This document shows positions 50,226-59,420 of a stretch of DNA of 63,596 nucleotides, in pieces. The stretch covers positions 1-63,596 of the forward strand of contig JBBQKF010000006.1 in the NCBI GenBank assembly GCA_038326615.1, in the 5' to 3' direction. The notes below the pieces were generated by a model. The model ran no database searches. It saw nothing but the letters and a program-made list of their open reading frames with translations, and had not been told where the DNA came from. How positions within the stretch are numbered: the stretch's first letter is position 1; every line of letters starts with the position of its first letter. The position numbers and the translations under genes were made by a program. The stretch comes from Saccharofermentanales bacterium (GTDB taxonomy: Bacteria > Bacillota > Clostridia > Saccharofermentanales > UBA5734).

Positions 50226-51044
50226 TTATTTGACAGTCGTCAAAACTTTTTTAATCTCCGACAAATATTCATAGAGCTTATCTGATGCATTTTCGCCGTA
50301 TTCTTCAATTATTCTCACAATCGCACTTCCTATTATTACTCCGTCCGAAATAGCAGCAAAACTCTTAGCCTGCGCAGGTGTCGAAATGCCAAAACCAACA
50401 GCAATTTTTGTTTCTGTCACAGATTTAATTTCTCTTACGATTGCATCAATATCTGTTTTGATATCACTGCGAACGCCTGTGACGCCCATCGACGAGACTA
50501 AATAAACAAAGCCTTCCGCATTTTGAGCTAGCATTTTAATCCTGTCATTTGAAGTTGGTGCAATCAAAGTAATTATTTTAATTCCGTGAGCATTTGAGTA
50601 GGAAATGATTTCGCCTTTTTCTTCATAAGGTAAATCAGGAATAATTACGCCGCTAATACCAGCGCTTTTACAATTTTCAAAAAATCGATCAGAACCATAA
50701 ACAAAAATAGGATTAATATATGTAAGAAAAACAAGCGGAACGGAAATTTCACTTCTTACCTGCTTTACCATTTCAAAAATTTTATCCGTTGTAGTGCCAA
50801 CACTAAGAGCACGCAAATTCGCTCTTTGAATTACTTCGCCTTCTGCAATAGGATCAGAGAAAGGTATTCCAATTTCAATAAGATCAACCCCAGCATTTTC
50901 CATAATATGAATATATTCTTTTGTCTTTTCGAGGTTTGGGTCACCAGCAGTAAGAAAACCAATAAGTGCTTTGCCTTTACTAAATGCATCATCTATATTT
51001 ATATCTATATCTATATCTATATCTCTATCTCTATCTCTATTCAT
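50226..51044 (-). CDS. trpA: Tryptophan synthase alpha chain
   Basis: [23 protein letters not shown] and VGFGIS motifs; likely start ATG 51044 overlapping the trpB end. Confidence 0.95.
   Translation of the reverse strand: MNRDRDRDIDIDIDINIDDAFSKGKALIGFLTAGDPNLEKTKEYIHIMENAGVDLIEIGIPFSDPIAEGEVIQRANLRALSVGTTTDKIFEMVKQVRSEISVPLVFLTYINPIFVYGSDRFFENCKSAGISGVIIPDLPYEEKGEIISYSNAHGIKIITLIAPTSNDRIKMLAQNAEGFVYLVSSMGVTGVRSDIKTDIDAIVREIKSVTETKIAVGFGISTPAQAKSFAAISDGVIIGSAIVRIIEEYGENASDKLYEYLSEIKKVLTTVK
50991..51038 (-). repeat. In-frame hexamer microsatellite in the trpA N-terminus
   Basis: (AGAGAT)3(ATAGAT)3 ATAAAT ATAGAT encoding [16 protein letters not shown]. Confidence 0.9.
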
Positions 51045-52263
51045 ATAACGCCTCTCCTCTATATCTTGCAATCGCAGCCACATCTTTATCTCCACGACCT
51101 GAAAGATTTATAATTATAATTTGCTCACGGGTCATTTCTTTAGCAAGTTTCATCGCGTAAGCAACCGCATGAGCAGACTCAATCGCCGGTATTATTCCTT
51201 CAGTTTTTGATAAATATTCAAAAGCATCAACTGCCTCATCATCGGTAACTGGATAATATTCTGCTCTTTTAGTGTCGAAAAGATTTGCATGTTCAGGCCC
51301 GATTCCAGGATAATCAAGTCCTGCCGAAATAGAATAGACAGGAGCAATTTGTCCGAATTCGTCCTGACAAAAATAGGATTTCATACCGTGAAATATTCCT
51401 GTTGTTCCTTTTGCAATAGTGGCCGCATGAAAAGCTGTGTCAACGCCTTTTCCTGCAGCTTCGCAGCCAATAAGCCTGACGCCCTTGTCCTTTATAAAAT
51501 TGTAAAAAGCGCCAATTGCATTACTTCCGCCACCAACACACGCAACAACAGCGCTGGGAAGTTTTCCTTCTTTTTCAAAAATCTGCTCTCGCGCTTCTTT
51601 GCTTATAATACTTTGAAAATCGCGAACCATTTCGGGAAAAGGATGCGGCCCCATAACAGATCCTAGAACATAGTGTGTATCATGTACTCTTGTCGTCCAC
51701 TCTCTCATTGTCTCGTTGACAGCATCTTTAAGAGTCATTGTTCCGCTTGTCACAACGTTCACTTTTGCGCCCAAAAGCCTCATTCGATATACATTTAGCG
51801 ACTGACGGTCAGTGTCTTCTTTTCCCATGAAAATTTCGCACTCAAGACCCATTAAGGCTGCAGCTGTAGCTGTAGCTACTCCATGTTGTCCTGCTCCGGT
51901 TTCAGCAATAACTCGGGTTTTGCCCATTCTTTTTGCTAAAAGAGTTTGGCCTAGAACATTATTTATCTTATGTGAGCCGGTGTGATTTAAATCCTCGCGT
52001 TTTAGATAAATTTTGGCGCCTCCAAGGGCATGGGTCATTTTTTTCGCAAAATAAAGTCTTGAAGGACGACCGGCATATTCATTTAAAAGTTCTGTGAGTT
52101 CGTCTTGAAAACTCTTATCATTTTTATAAAATTCATACGCTTTCTCAAGTTCAATTACAGCATTCATCAATGTTTCAGGGATAAACTGCCCGCCATAAAT
52201 CCCAAAACGACCTTTAGAAACTTTTTCATCATTATGCTCTTTACTATTTTCAAATTTACTCAT
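51037..52263 (-). CDS. trpB: Tryptophan synthase beta chain
   Basis: [30 protein letters not shown] and NLSGRGDKD motifs. Confidence 0.97.
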   Translation of the reverse strand: MSKFENSKEHNDEKVSKGRFGIYGGQFIPETLMNAVIELEKAYEFYKNDKSFQDELTELLNEYAGRPSRLYFAKKMTHALGGAKIYLKREDLNHTGSHKINNVLGQTLLAKRMGKTRVIAETGAGQHGVATATAAALMGLECEIFMGKEDTDRQSLNVYRMRLLGAKVNVVTSGTMTLKDAVNETMREWTTRVHDTHYVLGSVMGPHPFPEMVRDFQSIISKEAREQIFEKEGKLPSAVVACVGGGSNAIGAFYNFIKDKGVRLIGCEAAGKGVDTAFHAATIAKGTTGIFHGMKSYFCQDEFGQIAPVYSISAGLDYPGIGPEHANLFDTKRAEYYPVTDDEAVDAFEYLSKTEGIIPAIESAHAVAYAMKLAKEMTREQIIIINLSGRGDKDVAAIARYRGEALYE

Positions 52264-52361
52264 TACTAATCCCTTCTCTTTCGATTTTTTTTCACTATAA
52301 CTATTGCTGTTAATATTTCTGTTATTGTTGCTGCTTCAGTTATTTTTGCTGGGATGCTTCT

Positions 52362-52457
52362 ATTGTTGATGGCATTGTTGATGGCATTGTTGATGGCATT
52401 GTTGTTTTTATTGTTGATGGCATTGTTGATGGCATTGTTGATGGCATTGTTGATGGT
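52362..52457. repeat. 12-bp tandem repeat, 8 units
   Basis: ATTGTTGATGGC x3, one variant, x3, one variant. Confidence 0.92.
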
Positions 52458-52487
52458 ATTCCTTATTCCGATTAATATTCTATTCTT

Positions 52488-52651
52488 GGTTCGGGTGTCA
52501 AAAGCAACAAAGTAGTGATAGGTGATATATGTTGATGAAATCGCCAAATATTGGCCATTACAAGCAATCTGCATTTGAAATCTTCTTAAATCATCGTCGA
52601 GCAAATCTGACTAATCACAATAACTAAAATCATGCTTTTGGCACCCGAACC
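52488..52651 (+). mobile_element. MITE family B copy, inside the trp operon
   Basis: TIR GGTTCGGGTGTCAAAAGCA / TGCTTTTGGCACCCGAACC; 164 bp; flanked by ATTCTT duplication. Confidence 0.9.
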
Positions 52652-52720
52652 ATTCTTACTTTGTTCACATCAATTTTCGCTCTTCTTTTTACTGCTCTTT
52701 ACTTAAACTGCCTATTTTAC

Positions 52721-53470
52721 TTAAACTTTCACTTCCACTTTTTTAATCACTACACTTTCATTCTCAATTTTGTTATCACATATTTCTGATTGATTCATTG
52801 ATTTCACCAAATTAACTATGTCAATAATTTTTTGTCTGTCCTTAATCCCATTTGTTTCAACTCCACTGCTTATGTCAACGCAAAAAGGGTTAGTCAAATT
52901 TATTGCATCGACTACATTATCAAAGTTTAATCCTCCGGCAAGGAAAAATGGCTTTTTATAGTCTTTAATGATTTCCCAAGAAAAAGTCCTTCCCGTTCCA
53001 CCGTATGCTTCCTTAATTAAAGTGTCAAATAAAGGGTATTGGATTAATTCTGAATTGCTAGTATTAGTAAAAATTTTTTTACTAGTCCCATTTCTATTCT
53101 TCTTTTGAAGTTTTTCAAATAATTCAATACCGAGGGTATTGCTAGCTTCAACTCTTATCGCCTTTATTATTGGTTTGTAAACGATCTTTTTAAGTTTCTT
53201 AATGTATTTTTCATCTTCATCACCGTGAAGTTGAACCATATCAATGATTCCCCTTTCGCAGCATTTTGAGACAAAATCAATGTCCTCATTAACGAAAACG
53301 CCAACTGTTTTAATGCTTTTATCGAGTTCAGATTTAAGGAGATATGCTTTATTAAAATCAACATGACGCTTGCTTTTGGCAAATACAAAACCTACAAAAT
53401 CAGGCAAAGCAGCATTCACATATTCAACATCCTTAAAACTCTTTATTCCACAAATCTTAATCTTTGTCAT
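52721..53470 (-). CDS. trpF: Phosphoribosylanthranilate isomerase
   Basis: KIKICGI, VQLHGDE, GGTG, LAGGL and DISSGVE motifs. Confidence 0.93.
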   Translation of the reverse strand: MTKIKICGIKSFKDVEYVNAALPDFVGFVFAKSKRHVDFNKAYLLKSELDKSIKTVGVFVNEDIDFVSKCCERGIIDMVQLHGDEDEKYIKKLKKIVYKPIIKAIRVEASNTLGIELFEKLQKKNRNGTSKKIFTNTSNSELIQYPLFDTLIKEAYGGTGRTFSWEIIKDYKKPFFLAGGLNFDNVVDAINLTNPFCVDISSGVETNGIKDRQKIIDIVNLVKSMNQSEICDNKIENESVVIKKVEVKV

Positions 53471-53699
53471 TTTCACTCCATGATTTATTCATCGCCAAAT
53501 GCAATAGATAAATCATCATCCTTTCATAAAAATTTCGTTACCGTCGCAGGCGGTGGGTATGACATTGGTATTTCAATACCTGTAATATTTGCATAATCTG
53601 AATTTATTCAGATTTACTACCCTTTATTTTTCGTTCATAACCGATAAATATTACAATTATTTTTTAGATCTAGTCTTCTTGCCTTATATTAGTTCTCGA

Positions 53700-54497
53700 T
53701 TAAAGCGAAATGTTTACCTTGTTTTCGCCCTTAAGCCTCGCAATTTCTTTTGTTATATTATCCGATTTCATAAGGGTTTCTCCTATGAGTACGGCATTTA
53801 CGTCGTTTTTATCAAGCAATTCAACATCCTCCGGAGTTTTAATTCCACTTTCTGAAACAAAAACTATATTGTCTGGAACATTGCTACGAAGATTAATGCT
53901 TGTATCGATACTAACATCGAAAGTCTGAAGGTCGCGATTGTTTACCCCTATAACTCTTGCTCCACATTTAATTGCAGTTTGGATTTCAAGCTCGTTTCTG
54001 GTTTCAACAAGAGACGAAAGCCCAAGTGAATCGGCAATTTTTATAAATTCTACTATTTTTTTGGCGCTCAAGACCGCACATATAAGAAGTATGCCATCTG
54101 TGCCTATATAACTTGCCTCGTAAATTTGATATTCATCAATGATAAAATCCTTTTGCAAAACAGGAATGCTGACACTTTTTTTAATTTCCGTAAGAAATTT
54201 TTTGTTTCCCAGAAAAAACTCTGGCTCAGTAAGTACAGAAATGGCGTCGGCTCCTGCATCCTCATATTCTTTGGCGATTTTTATGTAATCAAATTCGTCG
54301 GACAAAACACCTTTTGACGGCGAAGCTTTTTTAACTTCGCAAATGAATGCGATTTTTCCACTTCGCAAGAGAGCCTTTTCAAATGCAAATGGACTGGTGT
54401 TAACTCTAGCCATTTGCATAATTTTATCAAGAGATATTTCTGCCTTAGCATTTTCAACCCTTCGAATTGTTGATTCTATTATTCTATCCAAAATCAT
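53700..54497 (-). CDS. trpC: Indole-3-glycerol phosphate synthase
   Basis: EVKKASPSKG, SVLTE, GVNNRDL and SESGI motifs. Confidence 0.95.
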   Translation of the reverse strand: MILDRIIESTIRRVENAKAEISLDKIMQMARVNTSPFAFEKALLRSGKIAFICEVKKASPSKGVLSDEFDYIKIAKEYEDAGADAISVLTEPEFFLGNKKFLTEIKKSVSIPVLQKDFIIDEYQIYEASYIGTDGILLICAVLSAKKIVEFIKIADSLGLSSLVETRNELEIQTAIKCGARVIGVNNRDLQTFDVSIDTSINLRSNVPDNIVFVSESGIKTPEDVELLDKNDVNAVLIGETLMKSDNITKEIARLKGENKVNISL

Positions 54498-54520
54498 ATT
54501 ATTCTCCTTTTAACCTTAAT

Positions 54521-54770
54521 GACAGGAACCGCGGTAAACGTTTTGCGGAGATTTATCCTTGGGGACAGGAACCGCGGTAAAAAATTTATTGGGATTTTCA
54601 AAATGGACAGTTTACTACAGACAGGAACCAAGAGAAGAGTATAAGTTTTCACCTTGGTTCCTGTCACCGTGGTGAAATTTTAACATGGTTCCTGTCCCCG
54701 TGGAAAATTTTACCATAGTTCCTGTCCCCGTGTGAAATTTTAACATGGTTCCTGTCACCGTGGAAAATTT
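54521..54770. repeat. REP-like cluster (GACAGGAACC / GGTTCCTGTC), 7 units in both orientations
   Basis: GACAGGAACC at 54521, 54564 and 54620; inverse units at 54656, 54687, 54717 and 54747 (30-31 bp period). Confidence 0.85.
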
Positions 54771-55768
54771 GAAAGTTTGATAAAATCTGTCAGTAGTTGT
54801 TTTGCTTTGCCGCTTTCGATTGCCGATTGCGCCATTTTCACACAATCGCGAAGGGTCATATTATTGTAGAACATATAAAGGCAAACAGCTGAGTTTAAGA
54901 CAACAACATCGCGTTTAGGACCTTTTTCACCATCAAGAATATCCATAGCTATCTTGGCATTTTCTAAAGGTTCGCCGCCAATTAAGTCTTTCATCTCACA
55001 ACGCGTTAGACCTAATTGCTCAGGAGTCATAAAGAAACTATTTAATTTACCGTCTGCTACTTCACAAATTGTTGTCGTTCCACAAAGAGTAATTTCATCG
55101 AGACCATCATGTCCATGAACAACCATTGCCCGTTTGACACCTAAGTTCGCAAGAACATTCGCCATCGGTTCTACTAAGTTTTCGTCGTATACGCCAAGGA
55201 GCTGCATATTTGCTCCAGCAGGATTTGCAAGAGGTCCAAGAATGTTGAAAATTGTTCTGACGCCAAGCTCGCGTCTAACTGGAGCTGCGTATTTCATTGA
55301 AGCATGATAGGTTGGTGCAAACATAAAACAAATTCCGATATCTTCAAGAATTTTTCCACTCATTTCGGCAGAAATATCAATTTTAACGCCAAGAGCTTCC
55401 AATAAATCCGCACTTCCACATTTACTCGATACACTGCGGTTTCCGTGTTTTGCAACTGGAACTCCGCAAGATGCAACGACCAAAGCCGCTATTGTAGATA
55501 TATTAAATGTAGAAAACTCATCGCCACCCGTTCCAACAATATCAAGCACATCTTTGCTATGCGAAAGCTTCGTAGATTTTTCTCTCATGACCCTTGCACA
55601 AGCAGTAATTTCTTCAATAGTCTCACCTTTCATTCTCATCGCAGTAAGAAAAGCCGCAATCTGGGCGTTTGTAGCCCGCCCTTCCATTATCTGATTCATA
55701 ACTTCCTTGGTTGTTTCAAGGGATAAATCTCTCCCGTTTAAAAGATCATAAATTGCTGATTTAATCAT
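54755..55768 (-). CDS. trpD: Anthranilate phosphoribosyltransferase
   Basis: DIVGTGGD, KHGNRSVSSKCGSAD and RTIFNILGPL motifs. Confidence 0.96.
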   Translation of the reverse strand: MIKSAIYDLLNGRDLSLETTKEVMNQIMEGRATNAQIAAFLTAMRMKGETIEEITACARVMREKSTKLSHSKDVLDIVGTGGDEFSTFNISTIAALVVASCGVPVAKHGNRSVSSKCGSADLLEALGVKIDISAEMSGKILEDIGICFMFAPTYHASMKYAAPVRRELGVRTIFNILGPLANPAGANMQLLGVYDENLVEPMANVLANLGVKRAMVVHGHDGLDEITLCGTTTICEVADGKLNSFFMTPEQLGLTRCEMKDLIGGEPLENAKIAMDILDGEKGPKRDVVVLNSAVCLYMFYNNMTLRDCVKMAQSAIESGKAKQLLTDFIKLSNFPR

Positions 55769-56346
55769 TAAACTTCACCCCCGATTTTAAGAAAGTTTTC
55801 GATAATTTTTATACCGTTTTTAGAAAGAATTGATTCCGGATGAAATTGTACGCCATAAATGTCATAGTCTTTATGCTTAACACCCATCACCTCTGCATCA
55901 TCATCTTCAGCAATTACAAGAATTGAGTCTGGAAGTGTTTCTCTTAAGGCACACAAAGAATGATATCTGCCTCCCTCAATAATTGGAGGAAGCCCCCGAA
56001 AAATAGGATTACCATTGGCAATATGAATAGTGCTTTTTTTACCGTGGACTAATTTTTTGGCATATGTTATTTCTCCGCCGAAAACTTCACAAATAGCCTG
56101 ATGCCCAAGGCAAACTCCAAGTATAGGAACCTCGCCTTTCAAATTCGATATTACAGATTCGCAAACGCCCGCATCACAAGGGCGGCCAGGGCCTGGAGAA
56201 ATAATAATATGCGTAGACTTAAGTTTTCTTATTTCCTCAATACCAAGCTCATCGTTTTTAATAACCTTTATGTCCTGATTAAATTTGCCAATGTACTGAT
56301 ACAGGTTATATGTAAAACTGTCATAGTTATCAATTAATAAAATCAT
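55768..56346 (-). CDS. trpG: Anthranilate synthase component II
   Basis: IDNYDSFTYNL, SPGPG, GVCLGHQ and QFHPES motifs. Confidence 0.95.
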   Translation of the reverse strand: MILLIDNYDSFTYNLYQYIGKFNQDIKVIKNDELGIEEIRKLKSTHIIISPGPGRPCDAGVCESVISNLKGEVPILGVCLGHQAICEVFGGEITYAKKLVHGKKSTIHIANGNPIFRGLPPIIEGGRYHSLCALRETLPDSILVIAEDDDAEVMGVKHKDYDIYGVQFHPESILSKNGIKIIENFLKIGGEV

Positions 56347-57821
56347 TCTTCTACCTCCGCCGATAATTCTATTGCGCTTATCATCGCACGACCCTTATTA
56401 ATGCATTCTGCATATTCGTTTTCTGGAACGCTATCGTAAACGATTCCCGCACCAGCTTGTACAAATATTTTATTATCCTTTTTAACTGTCATGCGGATTG
56501 CAATGCAAAGATCCATATTGCCAGAAAAATCAATATATCCGATTCCCCCGCCGTAAATTCCTCTTTTGCACCCTTCAAGGCCATTAATTATTTCACAAGC
56601 TCTTATTTTAGGAGCGCCCGATAAGGTTCCTGCAGGTAAAACCGCTGATAAAGCATCAAACTGATCAAGTCCCGATTTAAGATTCCCTGTAACAGTTGAA
56701 GCAATATGAGAAACATGCGAGAATTTAAGTATTTGCTGATAATCCAAAACATTAACAGTTCCAAAATCACTGATTTTTCCAATGTCATTTCGGCTTAAGT
56801 CAACTAACATGTTATGCTCAGCAAGTTCCTTCTCATTTTTTAACAATTCATCAATCAACATATCGTCTTCCTGCTTAGTTTTCCCACGTGGGCAAGTTCC
56901 TGCTATCGGAAAGGTTGAAAGCGTGTTGTTTTTTAAAGATACTAATGTTTCAGGAGAAGCACCGGCAATCTGTGTATCACCAAAACTCATATAAAACATA
57001 TAAGGAGAAGGATTAATGGTTCTTAAAGCCCGATATACAGAGAGCAGGTCCCCTTCAAACTCAGCTTCTGACCGGTTAGACAGAACGGCTTGAAAAATGT
57101 CGCCTTCATGAATATGATCTTTGATTTTTAACACCTTTTCACAATACTCATCTTTTGAAAACATCGGTTTGAATTCCGACAGAAGCCTGGAAGTATATTT
57201 TTTTGGAGAAGCAATAGATTTTATTATACCTTCGATTTCTTTAAGTGCAATAACGCCCTTGATATAGCTGTTTTCAAAATCTTTTACAGAAACATTTACT
57301 ATCAAAATAATTTTCTGCCTCAAGTGGTCAAATACAATAACTTTGTCGAAAAGCATAAGGTTTAGGTCATCAAAGTTATAATCATTTGAATTCACAAGCT
57401 TTAGCGATTTTTCTGTATATTTAATATAGTCGTATGAAATATACCCCACAAGGCCTCCGGTGAAAGGTGGCATTATATCAAGTTTCGGGCTCTTATATTC
57501 CGTCATTATTTTTCGCAGTTCAAAGTTAGGGTCATTTGTTTGAATAGCTTTGCTGCCAATAAATTTTTTGCAATCGTTAATAGTAAATATGCCATTTTTG
57601 CATATCAAAATATTTTTGGGGTCATATCCAAGGAAAGAGTATCGTCCCCACTTTTTTCCGCCTTCAACACTTTCAAGCAAATAGCACAATTCACTTTTTT
57701 CTTTAAGGATTCGCAAGACTTCAATCGGAGTCTTTATATCCGAATAAAGTTCCAGACTGATAGGAATAATTGTATTCCCCTGACATAAACCCCTTGCCTC
57801 ATCTAATGGTGGTCTTATCAT
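56343..57821 (-). CDS. trpE: Anthranilate synthase component I
   Basis: LLESVE, GDIFQAVLS, NPSPY, KELAEHNMLVDL and GTLSGAPK motifs; ATG 57821 fits the RBS better than 57827. Confidence 0.95.
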   Translation of the reverse strand: MIRPPLDEARGLCQGNTIIPISLELYSDIKTPIEVLRILKEKSELCYLLESVEGGKKWGRYSFLGYDPKNILICKNGIFTINDCKKFIGSKAIQTNDPNFELRKIMTEYKSPKLDIMPPFTGGLVGYISYDYIKYTEKSLKLVNSNDYNFDDLNLMLFDKVIVFDHLRQKIILIVNVSVKDFENSYIKGVIALKEIEGIIKSIASPKKYTSRLLSEFKPMFSKDEYCEKVLKIKDHIHEGDIFQAVLSNRSEAEFEGDLLSVYRALRTINPSPYMFYMSFGDTQIAGASPETLVSLKNNTLSTFPIAGTCPRGKTKQEDDMLIDELLKNEKELAEHNMLVDLSRNDIGKISDFGTVNVLDYQQILKFSHVSHIASTVTGNLKSGLDQFDALSAVLPAGTLSGAPKIRACEIINGLEGCKRGIYGGGIGYIDFSGNMDLCIAIRMTVKKDNKIFVQAGAGIVYDSVPENEYAECINKGRAMISAIELSAEVEE

Positions 57822-57836
57822 AAACATTACCTCCTA

Positions 57837-57882
57837 AAGTTTTCATAAGTTTTCATAAGTTTTTATAAGTTTTCATAAGTTT
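57837..57882. repeat. 10-bp tandem repeat (AAGTTTTCAT), about 4.5 copies
   Basis: Read directly; abuts the trpE RBS. Confidence 0.85.
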
Positions 57883-57954
57883 GTTTTCCATTGCTTGGAC
57901 CTTCGTTTATTAGTTTTAATTCCTGGTTTTTCTTTGTCAAGTTTTAACTTTCTG

Positions 57955-58041
57955 GTTTTTCATTGGCTTGTTCTAAATCCCTAGGTTTTCATTGGCTTGT
58001 TCTAAATCCCTAGGTTTTCATAGGATAGTTTTAAATCCCTA
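57955..58041. repeat. 29-bp tandem repeat, 3 copies
   Basis: Unit GGTTTTCATTGGCTTGTTCTAAATCCCTA; third copy diverged. Confidence 0.85.
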
Positions 58042-58109
58042 GATTTTACTAATTAGTTAAACCTCAGCTCAAGTTTTTTTATCAAATTGGCATTTTTCGA
58101 TTTATTTTT

Positions 58110-58405
58110 AAAAAACAAAAACACCCGCCCGCGACAATAATTTGTCAAGGACGAGTGTATAAAAATCACCCGTGGTACCACCTCGTATTTGCAAAACATT
58201 ACATTTTGCACACTTTTCGGAATACTAATATATTCCTCACATCTTACGCATGTGTGACGTCATAGAATACTCAGGAATTTGTATACTCCTTTTGACTATG
58301 CCCTCCGTGGTCCATTTGATATACTGCGTTGTGTAAGGCTCTCAGCTCTCCCTACTCTCTGTAACTGCACATAATACCGTTATCTCCACTTCATCGGTTT
58401 AGCGG
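58110..58405 (-). ncRNA. T-box riboswitch, Trp specifier
   Basis: AGAGA and GCTGAG stem I motifs, specifier TGG (58312-58314), T-box AGGTGGTACCACGG, terminator ACACTCGTCC...GGGCGGGTGT with T run. Confidence 0.92.
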
Positions 58406-58535
58406 ATATTCAGTTTTTGATAGCTTAATACCTTTTTGCGGTTTTGTCAATAGGGATTTTTGTGAAATTCTTGACATAGGGATTTCTATTTCTGTCCAGT
58501 TCTCTTCGGATTTCATTGTTTCATACATTATATGT

Positions 58536-58658
58536 TTATTCTATTCTTAAACAAAATGTAATAGGCTCGCCATTAACTGCTGCGTTTATTTGCTCTTCAT
58601 GGGTTGCCTGATAAACATAACCGCGCTCATTCAAATACTCAAAAGCATTACTATTCAT
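58536..58658 (-). pseudogene. tyrS: Truncated tyrosyl-tRNA synthetase (first ~40 codons only)
   Basis: MNSNAFEYLNERGYVYQATHEEQINAAVNGEPITFCLRIE* resembles the TyrRS N-terminus, stopping before the DPT...HIGH motif; RBS AAAGGTGG; Tyr T-box upstream. Confidence 0.8.
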
Positions 58659-58698
58659 TTCAAATCCACCTTTCGCCTTCTAATAAAATAAAAAATAA

Positions 58699-58854
58699 GA
58701 CTATAGCGTTTACTCAGTAGGACTAAATTGTTTCTTACAAATACTATCAAGGAAAGTGGCTTCCATTAATTTTTCAACAGTTCGATTTATAATTGCTTAA
58801 ATTTAGTATGATTCTACGGAGTTTTTCAACCTTTACTGAGTTAACACGATAGCC
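58699..58854 (+). mobile_element. MITE family A copy
   Basis: GACTATAGCGTTTACTCAGTA ... TACTGAGTTAACACGATAGCC; 156 bp; homologous to 31070-31225. Confidence 0.85.
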
Positions 58855-58860
58855 ATTAAT

Positions 58861-59135
58861 AAAAAATTCCCGTCCCCGAAGAATAAACTTCATAGGACGA
58901 GAATTACTTTCACGCGTTACCACCTAAATTTGTCACTACTTTACAATAGCAACCTCAACAAGTATTAGAATTAATACTTTTCAATATAACGTTTGCACAC
59001 GGAAACATCCTAATGGTTTTACCGTTCAGAGTTCAGCTCAGGGATGTATTCAAATTAACTTTCTTACTTCTTTGCACCAACCAGAAGTTCTCTGTAAAGC
59101 TAAGTTAATATTACTTCTTCCCATCATAGCTATTG
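58861..59135 (-). ncRNA. T-box riboswitch, Tyr specifier
   Basis: AGAGA and GGTGCAA stem I motifs, GAA-TAC specifier (59046-59048), T-box AGGTGGTAACGCG, terminator AATTCTCGTCC...GGACGGGAATT with T run. Confidence 0.9.
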
Positions 59136-59420
59136 TTCATATTATTTGTATAGAATATTAACATATTTTTTGAAAATTGCCTAATGTTTCTGCGCAATCT
59201 TTTTTAACCACGCATGTTCTTTGCCTTCCTCCGTATATGCATCATACGCACGAAAGGCCTTGATAAATAATTCTTGTAAGGCAATGGATCTATATAAAAC
59301 TCTAATGTTTGAATACGGACTCTGCAAAATACACAAAGGTGCTGGGACTGCCGTAAATTTGTTAAAATTCATGAAACCTTTGGCATGAATATGTCGTGCA
59401 TTAATATTCCAATGATTTAT

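Noticed and set aside
52266-52604. 112-aa ORF with NNAI repeats
   Set aside because: Made of a MITE plus a 12-bp tandem repeat; no RBS or recognisable domain
52529-52627. Small ORF inside MITE B
   Set aside because: The frame is broken in the 24215 copy, so it is not conserved
54646-54770. CRISPR array
   Set aside because: Units are head-to-tail with no unique spacers
54615-54845. 76-aa ORF with TGTGTM repeats
   Set aside because: Translation of the REP-like array, overlapping trpD
59181-59372. 63-aa ORF between araC and the Tyr T-box
   Set aside because: No RBS or recognisable family; may be a gene fragment but cannot be supported
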